Positions 36,509 through 48,420 of a stretch of 64,000 bases of DNA are shown piece after piece (within the stretch, counting starts at the first letter, position 1; the number at the start of each line of letters is the position of its first letter). The stretch comes from Trichodelitschia bisporula (lineage: Eukaryota). Under the pieces are notes generated by a model that had not been told where the DNA came from, made no database searches, and saw nothing but the letters and a program-made list of their open reading frames with translations. Position numbers and translations under genes: made by a program. The DNA is taken from assembly GCA_010356995.1 (NCBI GenBank), contig ML996706.1:124001-188000 (forward strand). The letters are read 5' to 3'.

Positions 36509-37430
36509 ACCGTGAAATCCGCGGGGGCTGATGCGGGGTATGAGTGAAGTTATTGTGAAAGTAATTTTGTTGGAATGGCGACGTTCTTCTAGGGGGGTTG
36601 TAAGAATATGGTATGCCGGGGGGGCTGACTTTTCTGAGCTAGGATCTGAGTTGGTGTGAGTTGGTATGTCTAATGATATTCTCGGTTCAGTGCTCACCTC
36701 GAGCATGAGAAGTTGAGCCTTGCAATAATCACGTGTTGGAAGGGTTCTTTTCGGCTGGATCTAAGAGAGATGCATCATGCAGGTGGGAGATATCCGCAAC
36801 CTTATTCCGACGGGTCCAATGAGCGCATATGCAATGGAAAATGGTGGAGATCAACTGTAGGGAAGGCCAATTGCAATATGATATCGCCCAATTGCTCAAA
36901 CCTCCGCTTCTCGGCAACATATGGGGTATGCCGAACTTGAAACACTTCTTGTTCCATGATTCAGGTGTCAGTTTGACGCGTGATGCGACCCCGCATCTGC
37001 CAGAGGCTAGCGGTTGTTAGAATATCGAAGGCGGGAAAGATGTGGCTTCTGAGGTAGAATCGCGCCCATTTGAGAAAAACTCGCGATAACCGGATTGGGC
37101 ACAACAAGAGTCAGATTTCACACAAGATTTGAGCATCAGGGGATATCATTTCCGGTCGTCATTGAATAAGCCATCGAACAACCATCGAATCATCCCGCGG
37201 TCGTGGCCAAAGGGCCCCATTCCCTGCTCCAGCCCGCTCTATGCATCGTAACACCCAACCAAGACTCCTTGCCCCTTTCATCATAGCAATATGTACACCA
37301 TTCATCATACATCGAGGAGTGGCGAGGTCCGAACATCCAGGCAAAGAGATCGCGACCGTGTGACGGACAATATCACCGAGGGGAAACATACGCCTAAGCA
37401 GAAAACATGCTCCACTTTTGGGTATCGCGT

Positions 37431-38048
37431 CTAAATTTCACCGTCAAAGCGAGGCTTGCCCGCGTTGCGCAGCGGGAGGCGGGGGTCGAGGGCCACCATT
37501 TCGGCGAGGATATCGAGGATAGGCTACGCAGTTAGAACGGAGAGAGTACAGATACGAGCAAGGAAGGTACTGACCTTGGGGACGGTTTTGTCGTAGATGG
37601 TAATCAGCTCATCGGGCTGAGGGTAGACCTTAAGGGCACGGAAGAAGCACAGCGCCGCCTCGAGCTGCTCAGACTCTAAAGCGCCAAAGTCAGCATCAAT
37701 TCACAAAGCAAGGGGGGTTGAGAATGGCATACCGCTCAGGCAGAGCGCCTCGCCCTTGGCCACCTCCTCCATGAAGAAGCGCTCAACGTCTTCCGAGTCT
37801 GTCGGGAATCCCTCAGCGTTGACCTTCTCAACTGCTTCCCGGATGGCCTTGCGCTGCTCCGCGCTCGCAGCTTCCGCCTCAGCCTTTGCAGCTTTAGCCT
37901 GCTTGCGAGTCTCGCGCTTCAGGGCCTTGCGGAATTCGGGGTCGTTTCGTCGGCGATGGTCGAAGTAGAGGGCGTAGGCGACAATGCCAACAGCAACGGT
38001 GCCAACCGAAGCAGCAATGATAGTTGAAGTCTTGATGTTGGAAGCCAT
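37431..38048 (-). CDS. TOM20: Mitochondrial import receptor Tom20
   Basis: TM then [30 protein letters not shown]; spliced to [38 protein letters not shown]. Confidence 0.94.
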
Positions 38049-38616
38049 GTTTCCTGCTGCAGTTGAATTGCAAGGTGGGGGACAGCAAAAGACTGGCTGG
38101 GTGGGCTGGCCGAGGTGGATACGGAGGTAGATTGAAGAGGTGGAGGGGTTGCTGGGGGGGTGGTGGGTGGTTGGGATGTGATGGGGGTGTTTGGGACTTG
38201 GAAGCTCTCTGATCTCCTCTCAGTCACTCTCAGATGCGGCACGATCGACTTTTGCTGGCGCGCTCGGCCGCGGCGAATCCGGGACACGGGAAATCCTCCA
38301 AGCCGGAGGGAGGGGGGACAGGCGGAATGGGGTTGGGGGGTCTTTCGCGCGGCCGTCCGCTGAACCCACCAGAGCCAAGCAAGCAAAGAACTCCAGTGCA
38401 GCCGTGTCAAGCACCCCCCAAAACACCTCGTGGCTCGTGCTCCTGGGGGTTATGAAGTGAAGCTCACCGAGCTTACATCTCAAGCAACTTTCTACGTCTC
38501 TTCGCCCCAACCAACCTGTTCACACATCCACCACGCTTCCTCCTCTCCACTTCTCACGTCTGCATACTCTAGCATCTACTCCACGAATTTGCTCTCTTCG
38601 TTGCATACCCAGCACG

Positions 38617-40701
38617 ATGGAGGAAAAGAGCAGGGGCATTTCACTTCGCAAGAAGCGGACAGTTCGTCCAAAAATCAGCGCTCCAAAGCAAATCAGCGCT
38701 CCACTGCCCGCCGGAGTTCCTGTTGGGGATGCCGCGAAGAAGCTTGCACCTCCTGCAGGCCTACCGGATGCTCCGCGACCTCGAGAACGTCCTCAGAATG
38801 GCGACAAGACGGCGGACCTTGTCAAGCGCCGGTATTCAACCCGCTTCACCACCCTCCCAGGAGACTTCAATGCTGGTGTCCCGCCTATGCCTTCCATGCC
38901 TAGCGTTCCGTCCAAGTATGCCCAAGCTCCTCCGTCGCGGGATGGCAGGCCGACGGGACAACGGATAAGGATCGACGTTAACGCGCTGAGCGATCCGAGC
39001 CTCCGTCCAGAGAAGTGTATGTCTCTATGTGTCTGTTTCCCATACCTGACCTTAATTGTCCGCTAGATGTGGCGTCGCTACTCGCCGAAGCGTCAGAGGA
39101 GGACATTCAGACGTTCCAACAAGATCTCGCCAAAGTCAAGAACCGTACTTCTACAGACTTGCAGCACAATGTTTTCCAGAACCGGATACAGTTTATCAGG
39201 ATCAGCAAGGAGGCAGAGAAACTGAAGGGTGAAATGCGGACCCTTAGGAATCTCATGTCCGAGCTCACCAACGCTTTGGGGCAAGCCACTTCCACGACCA
39301 GCTCCTCCATGGACAGTCTCACATCGCGGAAGAGAGCCAACCGGAGTTCGGTTGCGAATTTGGAAGCACTGTGGAATTCGCACTTACAAGTTCTGTGGAA
39401 GCGAGTCGAAGGCTCGCAGAAGTATCTGCCTGCAATTCCAGGCCGGCACATTGTATACGAATCGAGCCGGTGGGTGGAACTGAACTCTGCGACCTGGAAG
39501 CCACGCCGGAGAGTCCATATCATCATGCTGAACGACCACCTCCTCCTTGCGGCCGATAAGAGGCGCGTGGATGGATCAATGCCTGATCCCAGGGAGAAGC
39601 TGGGGAAAGCTCCGCTCAGTGCCATTCGCTGCTTTCCGCTCCAGGATGTCCAGATTGCCAATTTGTCCACGCGTGCTGTTCCAGGAAGTGAGAGAGGGAA
39701 CGCAGCAAATGCGATCAACCTGCGGGTTGGGCCAGATTCCTTCACCTTTGCGACTGGGAGTGCTGAGACTTCAGAGAAGACTGGCCTCTTAACTGCGTGG
39801 CGAAAGGCTGTGGAAGACTTGCGGAAGACCATTGAAGCCGAATCCCTGGAGCGCGACAAGGTGCACGAATCCGTGAACTATCTCGCTACCCGCGACCGGA
39901 GCATCTTGAAGAGCCCTCATCTTCTCGAGACCTTGAACGAACAAGGTGGTAGCAAAGTGGAGATGCTGATTGACGTCGACGGCAAACCCCAAAGCATTCG
40001 ATGGGTCGAGGGTCAGATAGATGACCTGGACATTGAAATTGCTCTCCAGGACTTTGAAGCATCGGTGGAACGTGTGGAGAAGCTGAGGCGTATTGCCAAG
40101 AATATCAAGGGAAATGCCATCGCCCAGAGTATTGTTACTCTGAAGCTGAATGAGCGTGCCTCCAGGCTTGCCGGAATCATCACGAGATATCTCAAGGACC
40201 AGAATCAGTGGAAGGTGGCCACGCAGAGGCATGTCCAATGGCTTTTCCGGCTCGGATTTGAAGATGTTGCCCGTGAGGCATATCTAGAGGCTCGTTCGGA
40301 GACGATCAAGAAGCGGATTAGGTATGTGCCTGTCTCAACTTTTGGTGTGCATGCTAACATTTTTCAGGCAGTGCAGTTACGAGGGAGACCTACATCTCTA
40401 CGTGTACCAGCTCTCCTACATTTACTTTACGATCATAAAGGACACCACAAACATCTACGAAGCCGCCTTCCCTGTCAGCATGATGTCCGCCTGCGTCAAA
40501 TGGGGAAAGGGTCATGTGGATGCATTCAACACCATCCTGCTCCGGCAGTTGAGTGGACTAGCCCCGCAGAGCAATGAATATCGCCAGTGCATGGATCGCG
40601 CTTATCTGCACGCTCGCATCCTGGAGGAAGCTGGTTTAGACTTCAAGGACCTGATTGGGGTGCGTACGGAGACTGGAGGGGAAGGCTCGCAAGCTCCGTA
40701 G
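38617..40701 (+). CDS. EXO84: Exocyst component Exo84
   Basis: RPKISAP, TADLVKRRYSTR, DLQHNVFQNRIQFIRISKEAEKL, VEGSQKYLPAIPGRH, PH domain, AREAYLEARS, SACVKW; two introns. Confidence 0.93.
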
Positions 40702-41293
40702 GAGACTTGGTTTGGATTGTGATGTAGCGATGATACCCTGTCAATGTGGAAGGTCTGGCATACCTGCATGTTATCTCGAGGTTCACACTTCATTTTGATC
40801 ACGTCATATGCTCATCGCAACGCCTGATTACAATCAAAGCCGGAGTGATATGAGCTTCCATCACATTTTCTATGGGCATGCTCCGTACGCCTCTATGAAT
40901 GAGTCCGACGCACGAGCAACAGGGAAGGTGTTAGCGTGTGGGGTTGGACTTGCAGTGTGACGATGGCAGCCAATATCGTGCATGTTGTGAGCTCTGACAA
41001 AGTTTACCCCAGCCGTGCTGCTGCGGCGTGATGCACAAGGCTCCCGTAAACTTTTGGGCATCTTGATAACATGCTCTCCGGATGGCCGACCCCGCACTTG
41101 AGACTGGGAGCCCGCGAGAGATTCTTAAGTTGATGGATTCCCCGCGTTTCGAACATCTGCTCGATGTGCCTCTCGCAGTTGTTCTGATTTCAGCCTTGCC
41201 CTCCGAGCCTCAAAGAAGCCTCCACCAATTTCTGCTCCAAGAGCCATCAGCTACAAATACAATGGACACTTTCTTCAATCTTGTACTGCAAAA

Positions 41294-41989
41294 ATGGACG
41301 ACACCACTCAGTTTCTGCTCTTTTGCCTTCAGTGCATCAAGGGTGCCGACGGCAAATTGATCCAGGTACTTCCTTCGCACTTCTCTCTAATGAGCGCTGA
41401 ACTGACCGCTTCATAGCCGAACTGGAAAGTCGTCGGCAAGAAGTTTAACATCAATGCCAAGTCGGCCTACGAAAAGTACCGCAAGGTCGTTAAGCTGGGC
41501 GAAGTTCCGACTGGGGCGAGGAAAAAGGTACATAAGCTGCCGGTTACGCCGGTGAAGGAGTCGAAGAGGACGAAAGTGGAGAAAACGGTGGCCGTGGTGA
41601 AGCCAGCGGTTGTTGAGGAGCTTGCGGACGTGGAGGAACCGGCAGTTGTGGCGAAGCCAGCGAGTGACTCGAAGAAGCGGAAGTCGGAAGGTGAGAATGA
41701 GGAGGTGGTGCCGGAGGGATGGTTGATGGACTACAATAGTGACGGGGAGTATGTCGGGAGGGCGAGGAGGCTGGGGAGGGCGTGCAAGAGGCCGAAGGGG
41801 GACATGGCTAAATACCTCCAGGATACTTCAGAGGAGGAGGAGGAGGAGGAGGAGGAAGAAGAGGCCGAGGGGGACGATGGTGAAGAGGGTAAGGATAATG
41901 GGGGTGAAGGTGGATTGAAGGTGAAGACGGAGGAGAGCGCGAAGATGAAGACGGCCTCCTTCGAGGACCCAGATGAGGAGGAGGCCTAA
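41294..41989 (+). CDS. Hypothetical protein with N-terminal Myb/HTH-like segment and acidic tail
   Basis: MDDTTQFLLFCLQCIKGADGKLIQ, intron ~41366-41417 (GTACTT...CTGAC...TAG), then PNWKVVGKKFNINAKSAYEKYRKVVK, in frame with the 41552-41989 ORF. Confidence 0.62.
41830..41862. repeat. GAG/GAA trinucleotide run encoding poly-Glu
   Basis: Read directly; coding. Confidence 0.85.
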
Positions 41990-42494
41990 GAGCCGAAAAC
42001 GTGCTGCAGAGTCGTTCATTGTATTTATCGTCAGTTGGGATTGTTTGTCACTCCTTAAGCTTCACCGTTATCATGGAATGGAATCTGGACTGGTTTTTAC
42101 TTCTTACATACATGGCCATCGGCATGTTTCTGGGCGCCCCCTGAACTCTCGAACCCCTGGCGAATCTCGCACTCGATCGAATCCCCGGCTGAGCTCCCAG
42201 ATGGGCACTGCAAAAGGGCAGCCCTGGCGTTGTTGGGTGCGCAGAGTGTACCTAGGTACTCATGATGACAGCAGTGCTTGCTGGGCACACTCATGCTTCA
42301 GCTCAAAGAAGGTGTTCAGTGGGCCAAGCCGGGGATGCCTTCGTCTTTCTTGATCCTCGCATCACTGGCGGATCATGAAAATCATTGTCTACTTGTCCTG
42401 TGCAGTTGGCGTACACAAGCACGGGGCCGGTAGGTAAATGATGATGCCTAAAAGCAGTCTATGCGCGGTACCCTATTCTGAGCGTTGGTTCATT

Positions 42495-43512
42495 TTATCC
42501 CGACATGACCGCATCCGCGCTAGGAAACGCAGACTTGATGTCGGCCTCGGGGAACTTGCTGAGGGCAGTCTCACTCATAGCCTCCACCATGACCGCTCTA
42601 GTGGCTACGGCAGCTGCTACAGCACTGTCGATCAGCTGTTCCGTAGCAGCTCCGGAGTCCCCTTTGAGCCATAGCTCCGTGATTTCGTCTCGAGAAGCCG
42701 AGTAGCCAACGACGCAGGCAGCCTGAATTTCTGGATGCTCGGGGGGGCTCGGATCTAATACTGTGATCGACTGCTGTGTCTGGTTGTCTTTGGAGTCCGG
42801 ACTCGGCAGTATGGCAGCCACACCTCCACATACCAAGTCCACACAATCGATGCCGGCGTCCACCAAGGCTGCGGAAGCCACGGTGATGCACCCGGCGAGC
42901 ACATTCATCATGCCCCAGCCGCCTACCACCCCGAGCCCCGTCGTGCCACCAGAGACCTCATCACCCCACCATCGGTCTTCCTCTCCTTCAAGGATAGTGA
43001 TGATGACGTCCACGCCACTTTTGGGCCACCGTTTGCCAATCACAATGCCTCGAAGTGCATTCTCCAGGTGCGCCCCAAGGTCTCTTTCCGTTGAATCCCG
43101 AATGTAGCCTCTGCGGTGCCTAGTTGCGAAGGGGGCGAACTTGACGTGAGTGCTAAGCACGAGTTGCGGGTTGTAAGGCGCCGAGCGTGGGAGTGGCTTT
43201 GGTCCGTGGACTGCACAGGAGATCTTGAGGGCGGAGGCGGGAGGAAGGACAGATTTCACAGGGAGATCATAAGTGGGCGACTGGAGCTCAAGGTAAGCCG
43301 AGCCAGAGGCTGGAGGTGTGACTCCAGTCTTGAGAACTAAGAGCGCATTAGCATGACATCGCATTCATCCAGATATCCGTACAAATTTTTCGGAGCTCTT
43401 CGGGGCGACGGTTTCGTGAAGGGCGTAGCTTCTCAAGATCAGAGGTATTTATGGCATAGCTCGGAGGAGCAGTGCCAGCCGGTCCATTTATGCGTCGTCT
43501 GTCGGCCATCAT
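42495..43512 (-). CDS. MTR3: Exosome complex component Mtr3 (RNase PH family)
   Basis: MADRRRINGP, LRKIFLKTGVTPPASGSAYLE, CAVHGPKPL, VKFAPFA, WPKSGVDVIITILE, CITVASAALVDAGIDCVD; one intron ~43382-43338. Confidence 0.9.
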
Positions 43513-43783
43513 GTTTGCTTTGCTAAGGTGAGAAAGTGCATTCATGATGTCGAAGGGGAGAAGCTTGCACGTGGTTGCCAAGCTGCCAGGAGCCTTGTGC
43601 AAGAGTCGGTCCGAGCGGGGCCAACCTTGGCTTTAAAACGACTTTTTCTGCACGCAACAAAACCTTCCGCTGCACAACCTCCGCCAAAGATGCGGATCGC
43701 ATGAAGCTCACAGTGATAGGAATTCCACCTTCCTCACTGCCGTGAAAATGTATGTCTACTCCTAACTCACATCCTCCCTTCCT

Positions 43784-43854
43784 ATGATGCAACTATACAC
43801 TACACGTTCTGGAGATTCCTCCGTGATCCATGAACCACATGCACTACCATCTGA
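43784..43854 (+). ncRNA. snR55: Box C/D snoRNA, snR55/U33-like (18S Um1269, yeast numbering)
   Basis: Box C variant ATGATGC, box D CTGA. Guide CATGCACTACCAT pairs with 18S GUGGUGGUGCAUG (two G-U pairs), and the D+5 rule lands on the U equivalent to Um1269. Confidence 0.82.
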
Positions 43855-44222
43855 GCTTTTCCCCCCCTCTCGCACTTTGCTATTGCTGAACGAAGCACAG
43901 CTGACTCCAAGCAGATTTGCAGCTACCGCGACAACTGCCGACTCGCCACCAGAAAATGTTGTATATATGGTGTTGGGTTGCAGTTGATGCCCTGGGGCAC
44001 CGTACCGGATAGCATGCTCCACGCTTGCTTCTCCCCGAAGACTCAAGACCTGCGAATGCTTGCGCCGAAGCATGGCGGTACCCCGGAGTCTTCGATCATG
44101 CTTTCAGAGAGCCTCGATGTACGACGTGCTCGATATTGTATGCTGACCTCAAAAAGCCGCACGATTGATAGCGATGCATGTAAGGTAAGACATGCCCTTT
44201 TCCTTTTATTGCACTCGCTTCG

Positions 44223-44295
44223 ATGATGATGGTATTTTTTCAGTTCTGCTACTGAATTCTCATGAAGATACTCCTACCAAGCTTACCTTGTCTGA
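44223..44295 (+). ncRNA. snR61: Box C/D snoRNA, snR61/U38-like (25S Am1133, yeast numbering)
   Basis: C ATGATGA, D' CTGA (44252), C' ATGAAGA (44262), D CTGA (44292). The D' guide CAGTTCTGCT is complementary to LSU AGCAGAACUG. Confidence 0.88.
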
Positions 44296-44438
44296 ACGAA
44301 GCTCTTAATCATTTTTGAATTATTTTCACCGGGGGATCCAAAGCTAACTCGCTTCCCAGATTGTGTTTAGCTCTTCACGTATCGACGGCACCCTAACTCC
44401 TGAGGTAAACTCCCTCAAATTTTTCTTTCATCCCTTCG

Positions 44439-44664
44439 ATGATGAATCCTAGTCTATCCATTCCATGATCATCTCTGCCGGGGCCTTCTTCCTATACCGG
44501 ACTAGCATTTGCTGGGATGAACGGTTGTGGAGTTGTAGGGAACTGTGGTCTCTGACCCCTTCTCTGCGTAATTGTGCCCCCCGTTGCTGTGTGTCAGAGT
44601 AGGACGTTTTGTTCTCCTCGGGCACATGGCCGGCAGCGGGACGTGACTAAAAACGGCTTTCTGA
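44439..44664 (+). ncRNA. Candidate large structured box C/D RNA, family unassigned
   Basis: Box C ATGATGA at the same relative intron position as its two neighbours, terminal CTGA at 44661, internal hairpins, and an 11/12 complement to 18S helix 34 before the D box. Confidence 0.6.
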
Positions 44665-45990
44665 TCCCAATTCAGCTCAGCATATTGAGAACTTGTTTGC
44701 GGTGAACATTGGCTAATGTTCTACAGAATTACGACACCTGTATGCGAGTGGAGCCAAGCCAAGCCCTCGAATAATTTGGATTTTATGGACAGGTCAACCT
44801 CTAACTTCCACGGCGCCAGAGTTGCACATCAGCAAAAATTGCTTGCCAATTCCAAGTTTCGTGCATCTGTTGCTTGTTAAAATCTCTCATCGGGTGAAAC
44901 GGTTTCTACGGTAGGTTCGAGGACATCACGTGGTGATTGAATGAATTGAAGATATTCTCAAACGCTCTCGGCTATGGTGACGGCACGCGTGATGTCTGCA
45001 ATCGAGATTGATGAGCCCTTTGCTTCTCAAATGGAGCACAATATCTGCATGGCGGTGCTGTGATGGCTGAATGCAGCGCTTGGATTGGTCGAGACGAAAG
45101 GCCGGGTCGGCGATGTGCCACAATGCTACAGAGGAATTCCTTAGTATCGCAGTGCATGTCTGGAAGTCACACTACTCCGTCTTCAACAGTAAATTGCACG
45201 AAGCCAAGGCAAAAACTGCAGTTTGCTAATTCTACTGTACGTGCATTCAAAGTTGTCCCTTGCTCCCTTCACGAGTCTCATCATCGAGGATTGCAAGGCA
45301 CAGAGTATCATGGGTCCCTTGGGTGATGCGGCTCCTACCGGTAGTGGCGTGGCGTCCATGGTACCCTGGCTATCTGATCTCAGTCCACACAGCCCCCCGA
45401 GGACAGGAGAGCGTTTTCAGGCGATAAATGCGCCATTTGAGGATAAACACAGAGCAGTTGGCGAAACTACGGATGTAGATGATTGTCAATCGCACCAATA
45501 CAGTTCATTTGTATAACCGGCTTTCCGTTCTTCGCAAAGCGCGAGAGACTGGGCATACGCAGAGGAGTTTGTGGGGGTAGTTTCTAGTTAATTATTCCTA
45601 GCGGCGGATCTTACGGTACGGTGGCTGCGTTTGCAAGGCGCTTCTCCTCGCGCTAAACTGTTTACGGTCCAAGCCCCCAGGTCCGTCACGGGAAAGGCGT
45701 TTCAACTCTGCCACTTCCCCATCCAAGCACCCCAAGTTGCCAGGTCGCGGTGGCATAATAACGACACATATCTTTCACTCACGCGCACGCACTTCGTCGA
45801 TAATTGCCTGATTACCCCACAAAGCCTTCTGTCTCAATCGAATCTACTCCAATCGTCGTCGTCTCAGAGTGCTATCCTGCTGGGCCTGCCGGGTGGAGAC
45901 GCGGCCTGGTGAGGTCAGCTCAGGAGTTCACGGCGACGTTTGCAGTTGAGCTGAATGCTTCCACTTCATGCGCCCTCGCCGCGCGCAAAG

Positions 45991-47690
45991 ATGCAGCGAC
46001 ACGTCTTCTCAAATGGACATGCTGCCTATCCCTTGGGAAGTGGCGGCACCTTTCACTTCCAGCAACACAAGTATGTCAAACGGAGTGAACCGCTATAGGC
46101 GTCACCGCTAGGCGCCTACAGCAAAGAAGATGACGATACTAACGTGTGCTTTGTGCAGGTTTCAACCACGCTCTCAGCCGGTATATCGCAGGAGACGTCA
46201 GTTACTAGTTCGGGTCACCCTTGCTCTCGCTGTTATTGGCAGCATCTTCTTCTTTTTCCCATCCCTTCGTACTGGCTTGCTCCCAGCCATATCACTTGGA
46301 CTCTTTGCCGGCCATGACGACATCCAGCTTGAAACTGTTAGATACTACGATCTCACAAACGTACAGGGCACGGCCCGTGGATGGGAGCGGGAAGAACGCA
46401 TCCTCCTCTGTGCGCCTCTGCGCGATGCCGCCCCACATCTCCCGATGTTTTTCTCACACCTCCGTAACCTTACTTATCCTCACAACCTCATTGATTTGGC
46501 ATTCCTGGTTGGTGACTCCAAGGACAACACCCTGGAGCTTTTGTCCAGCCTTCTTGAGGATCTGCAGGCCAACGCAAACCCGAAGCAGCACTTCGGCGAG
46601 ATTTCCATAATGGAGAAGGATTTTGGCCAAAAGGTCAATCAAGACGTGGAGAGTCGACATGGGTTCGCTGCTCAAGCGGGAAGGCGGAAGTCCATGGCTC
46701 AAGCACGCAATTGGTTGCTCAGTGCCGCTCTGCGTCCAACACACAGCTGGGTTTACTGGAGAGATGTCGATGTGGAGACTGCTCCATTCACGATCCTTGA
46801 GGACCTCATGCGCCATAACAAGGATATCATCGTTCCAAGTATGTCATAGGTCGTTTTTTTTTCCAGTCAGCCTAACCTTAATTTCAAGACGTTTGGAGGC
46901 CCTTGCCTGACTGGCTGGGTGGCGAACAGCCATACGACCTGAACTCGTGGCAAGAGTCCGAAACCGCTCTTCTTCTTGCCGACACATTAGATGAGGACGC
47001 TGTCATCGTTGAGGGTTATGCCGAGTACGCTACTTGGCGTCCGCATCTTGCCTATCTTCGCGATCCCTATGGCGATCCTGACATGGAGATGGAGCTGGAT
47101 GGTGTTGGTGGCGTTAGCATCCTGGCCAAAGCAAAGGTATTCCGTGCCGGCGTTCACTTCCCCGCTTTCAGCTTTGAGAAGCATGCAGAGACGGAGGGGT
47201 TCGGAAAGGTGAGCAAGTTCTATACTCATTTAACTTCACGCTAATGTCGGCGTAGATGGCCAAGCGGATGAAATTTTCTGTTGTTGGTCTTCCGCACTAC
47301 ACCATCTGGCATTTGTATGAACCGAGTGTCGATGATATCCGCCATATGGAAGAGATGGAGAAGGAACGGAAAGAGAAGGAGGCCAAGGAAAAGGCCGAGA
47401 AGGAACGCCTTGAAAAGATCAAGTCTGACTTTGAGAACCCGACCGGCCAGTGGGACAAGGACAAAGTTCATATGCAAGCACTGAAGGACGCCGCGAACCA
47501 AAAGAAGGAGGAGACCACGACGCCGAAGAAGGATGAAAAGGTCGTAGGGAAGGAAGAGAAAAAGGAGGACAAGGCGGAATTTAAGGAGAAGGATGAAGAG
47601 AAGGACGAAAAGAAGTCCGGTGAGTCGAAGTGGTAGTCAAGCCGCGATGTACGGCGCTAACTGTCCGTAGCAGGGGAATCTCCCAAGTGA
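45991..47690 (+). CDS. ANP1: Mannan polymerase II subunit Anp1 (GT62)
   Basis: Type II membrane anchor; RILLCAPLRDA, LTYPHNLIDLAFLV, EKDFGQ, RRKSMAQARNWLL, VYWRDVDVE, QPYDLNSWQES, HAETEGFGKMAKRM. Stop at 47690 if the last intron is spliced, 47636 if retained. Confidence 0.92.
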
Positions 47691-48420
47691 TTCTGACGCA
47701 TGGTATCTTGAGATGAAGCCCACATTTGGAGGTGTGCTTCCAGGACTATTCTCAGGCGGTAGAGCATCGCCAACAATAATGGCCTTCATGTGGCGCGGCT
47801 CTCCACACAGTCTTGAAGCTTGCTGATGTCGTAGTCAGGCGTCACCGCGTTCATGTTCACGATGATTGGATTGCATAAGTGGCCGAAGACTCAGAGACTA
47901 GACAGTGTCTTGGATGCTCTCCTGTCGTGCCATTTAGGTGCAAGAGTCCTCATAGTACATATCGGAGTTGGTGTTGCGGCGTTTTAGCGGACATACATAG
48001 ACATGCTCGGTGTTATTTCCAGACGGAGGCCTTATAGTTGTATGAATAGATAAAACCGCATCTGACCTAATCGACCATGAATTTGCGTCTCCTGTAGTTG
48101 TGGCATATATTATTTCTGAAGCCCTCAGTCAGCAAACGCGATGTGGTATCGGTCAATGTGTCCTTGCCGCGCCAAGCCATGTCATTGGACTCATTGGATG
48201 AGCGTCTCTCAACATCGAAGGGGAGCTCTCTGGAGGGAGCCACAAAACAAGCCTCTTCTTTTCCTTTACGCGCAAGCATGCAATATTCAAGCGGGAATTA
48301 TGTCCGCTACCACCCCTGATCACTTCGACGCCGAGGAACCGAGCACCTTGCGGAGGTCACCGCAACCCGGGCCGTGTGTCAAATACGCAACCTAAACCGC
48401 TTGCCTCACCATCACCCGTC

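Larger units (their letters stand above)
43650..44800 (+). ncRNA. Spliced non-coding snoRNA host transcript (ends approximate)
   Basis: Three canonical introns (43750-43914, 44185-44359, 44405-44726), each with donor, pyrimidine tract, box C, box D, branch point and CAG; no credible ORF across the exons. Confidence 0.72.

Noticed and set aside
42438..42481. ATGATGA...CTGA pair
   Set aside because: Only ~44 nt, too short for a C/D snoRNA, and antisense to the MTR3 3' UTR.
45008..45070. TTGATGA...CTGA downstream of the snoRNA host, a possible fourth snoRNA
   Set aside because: Non-consensus C box, no recognisable guide and no clear enclosing intron.
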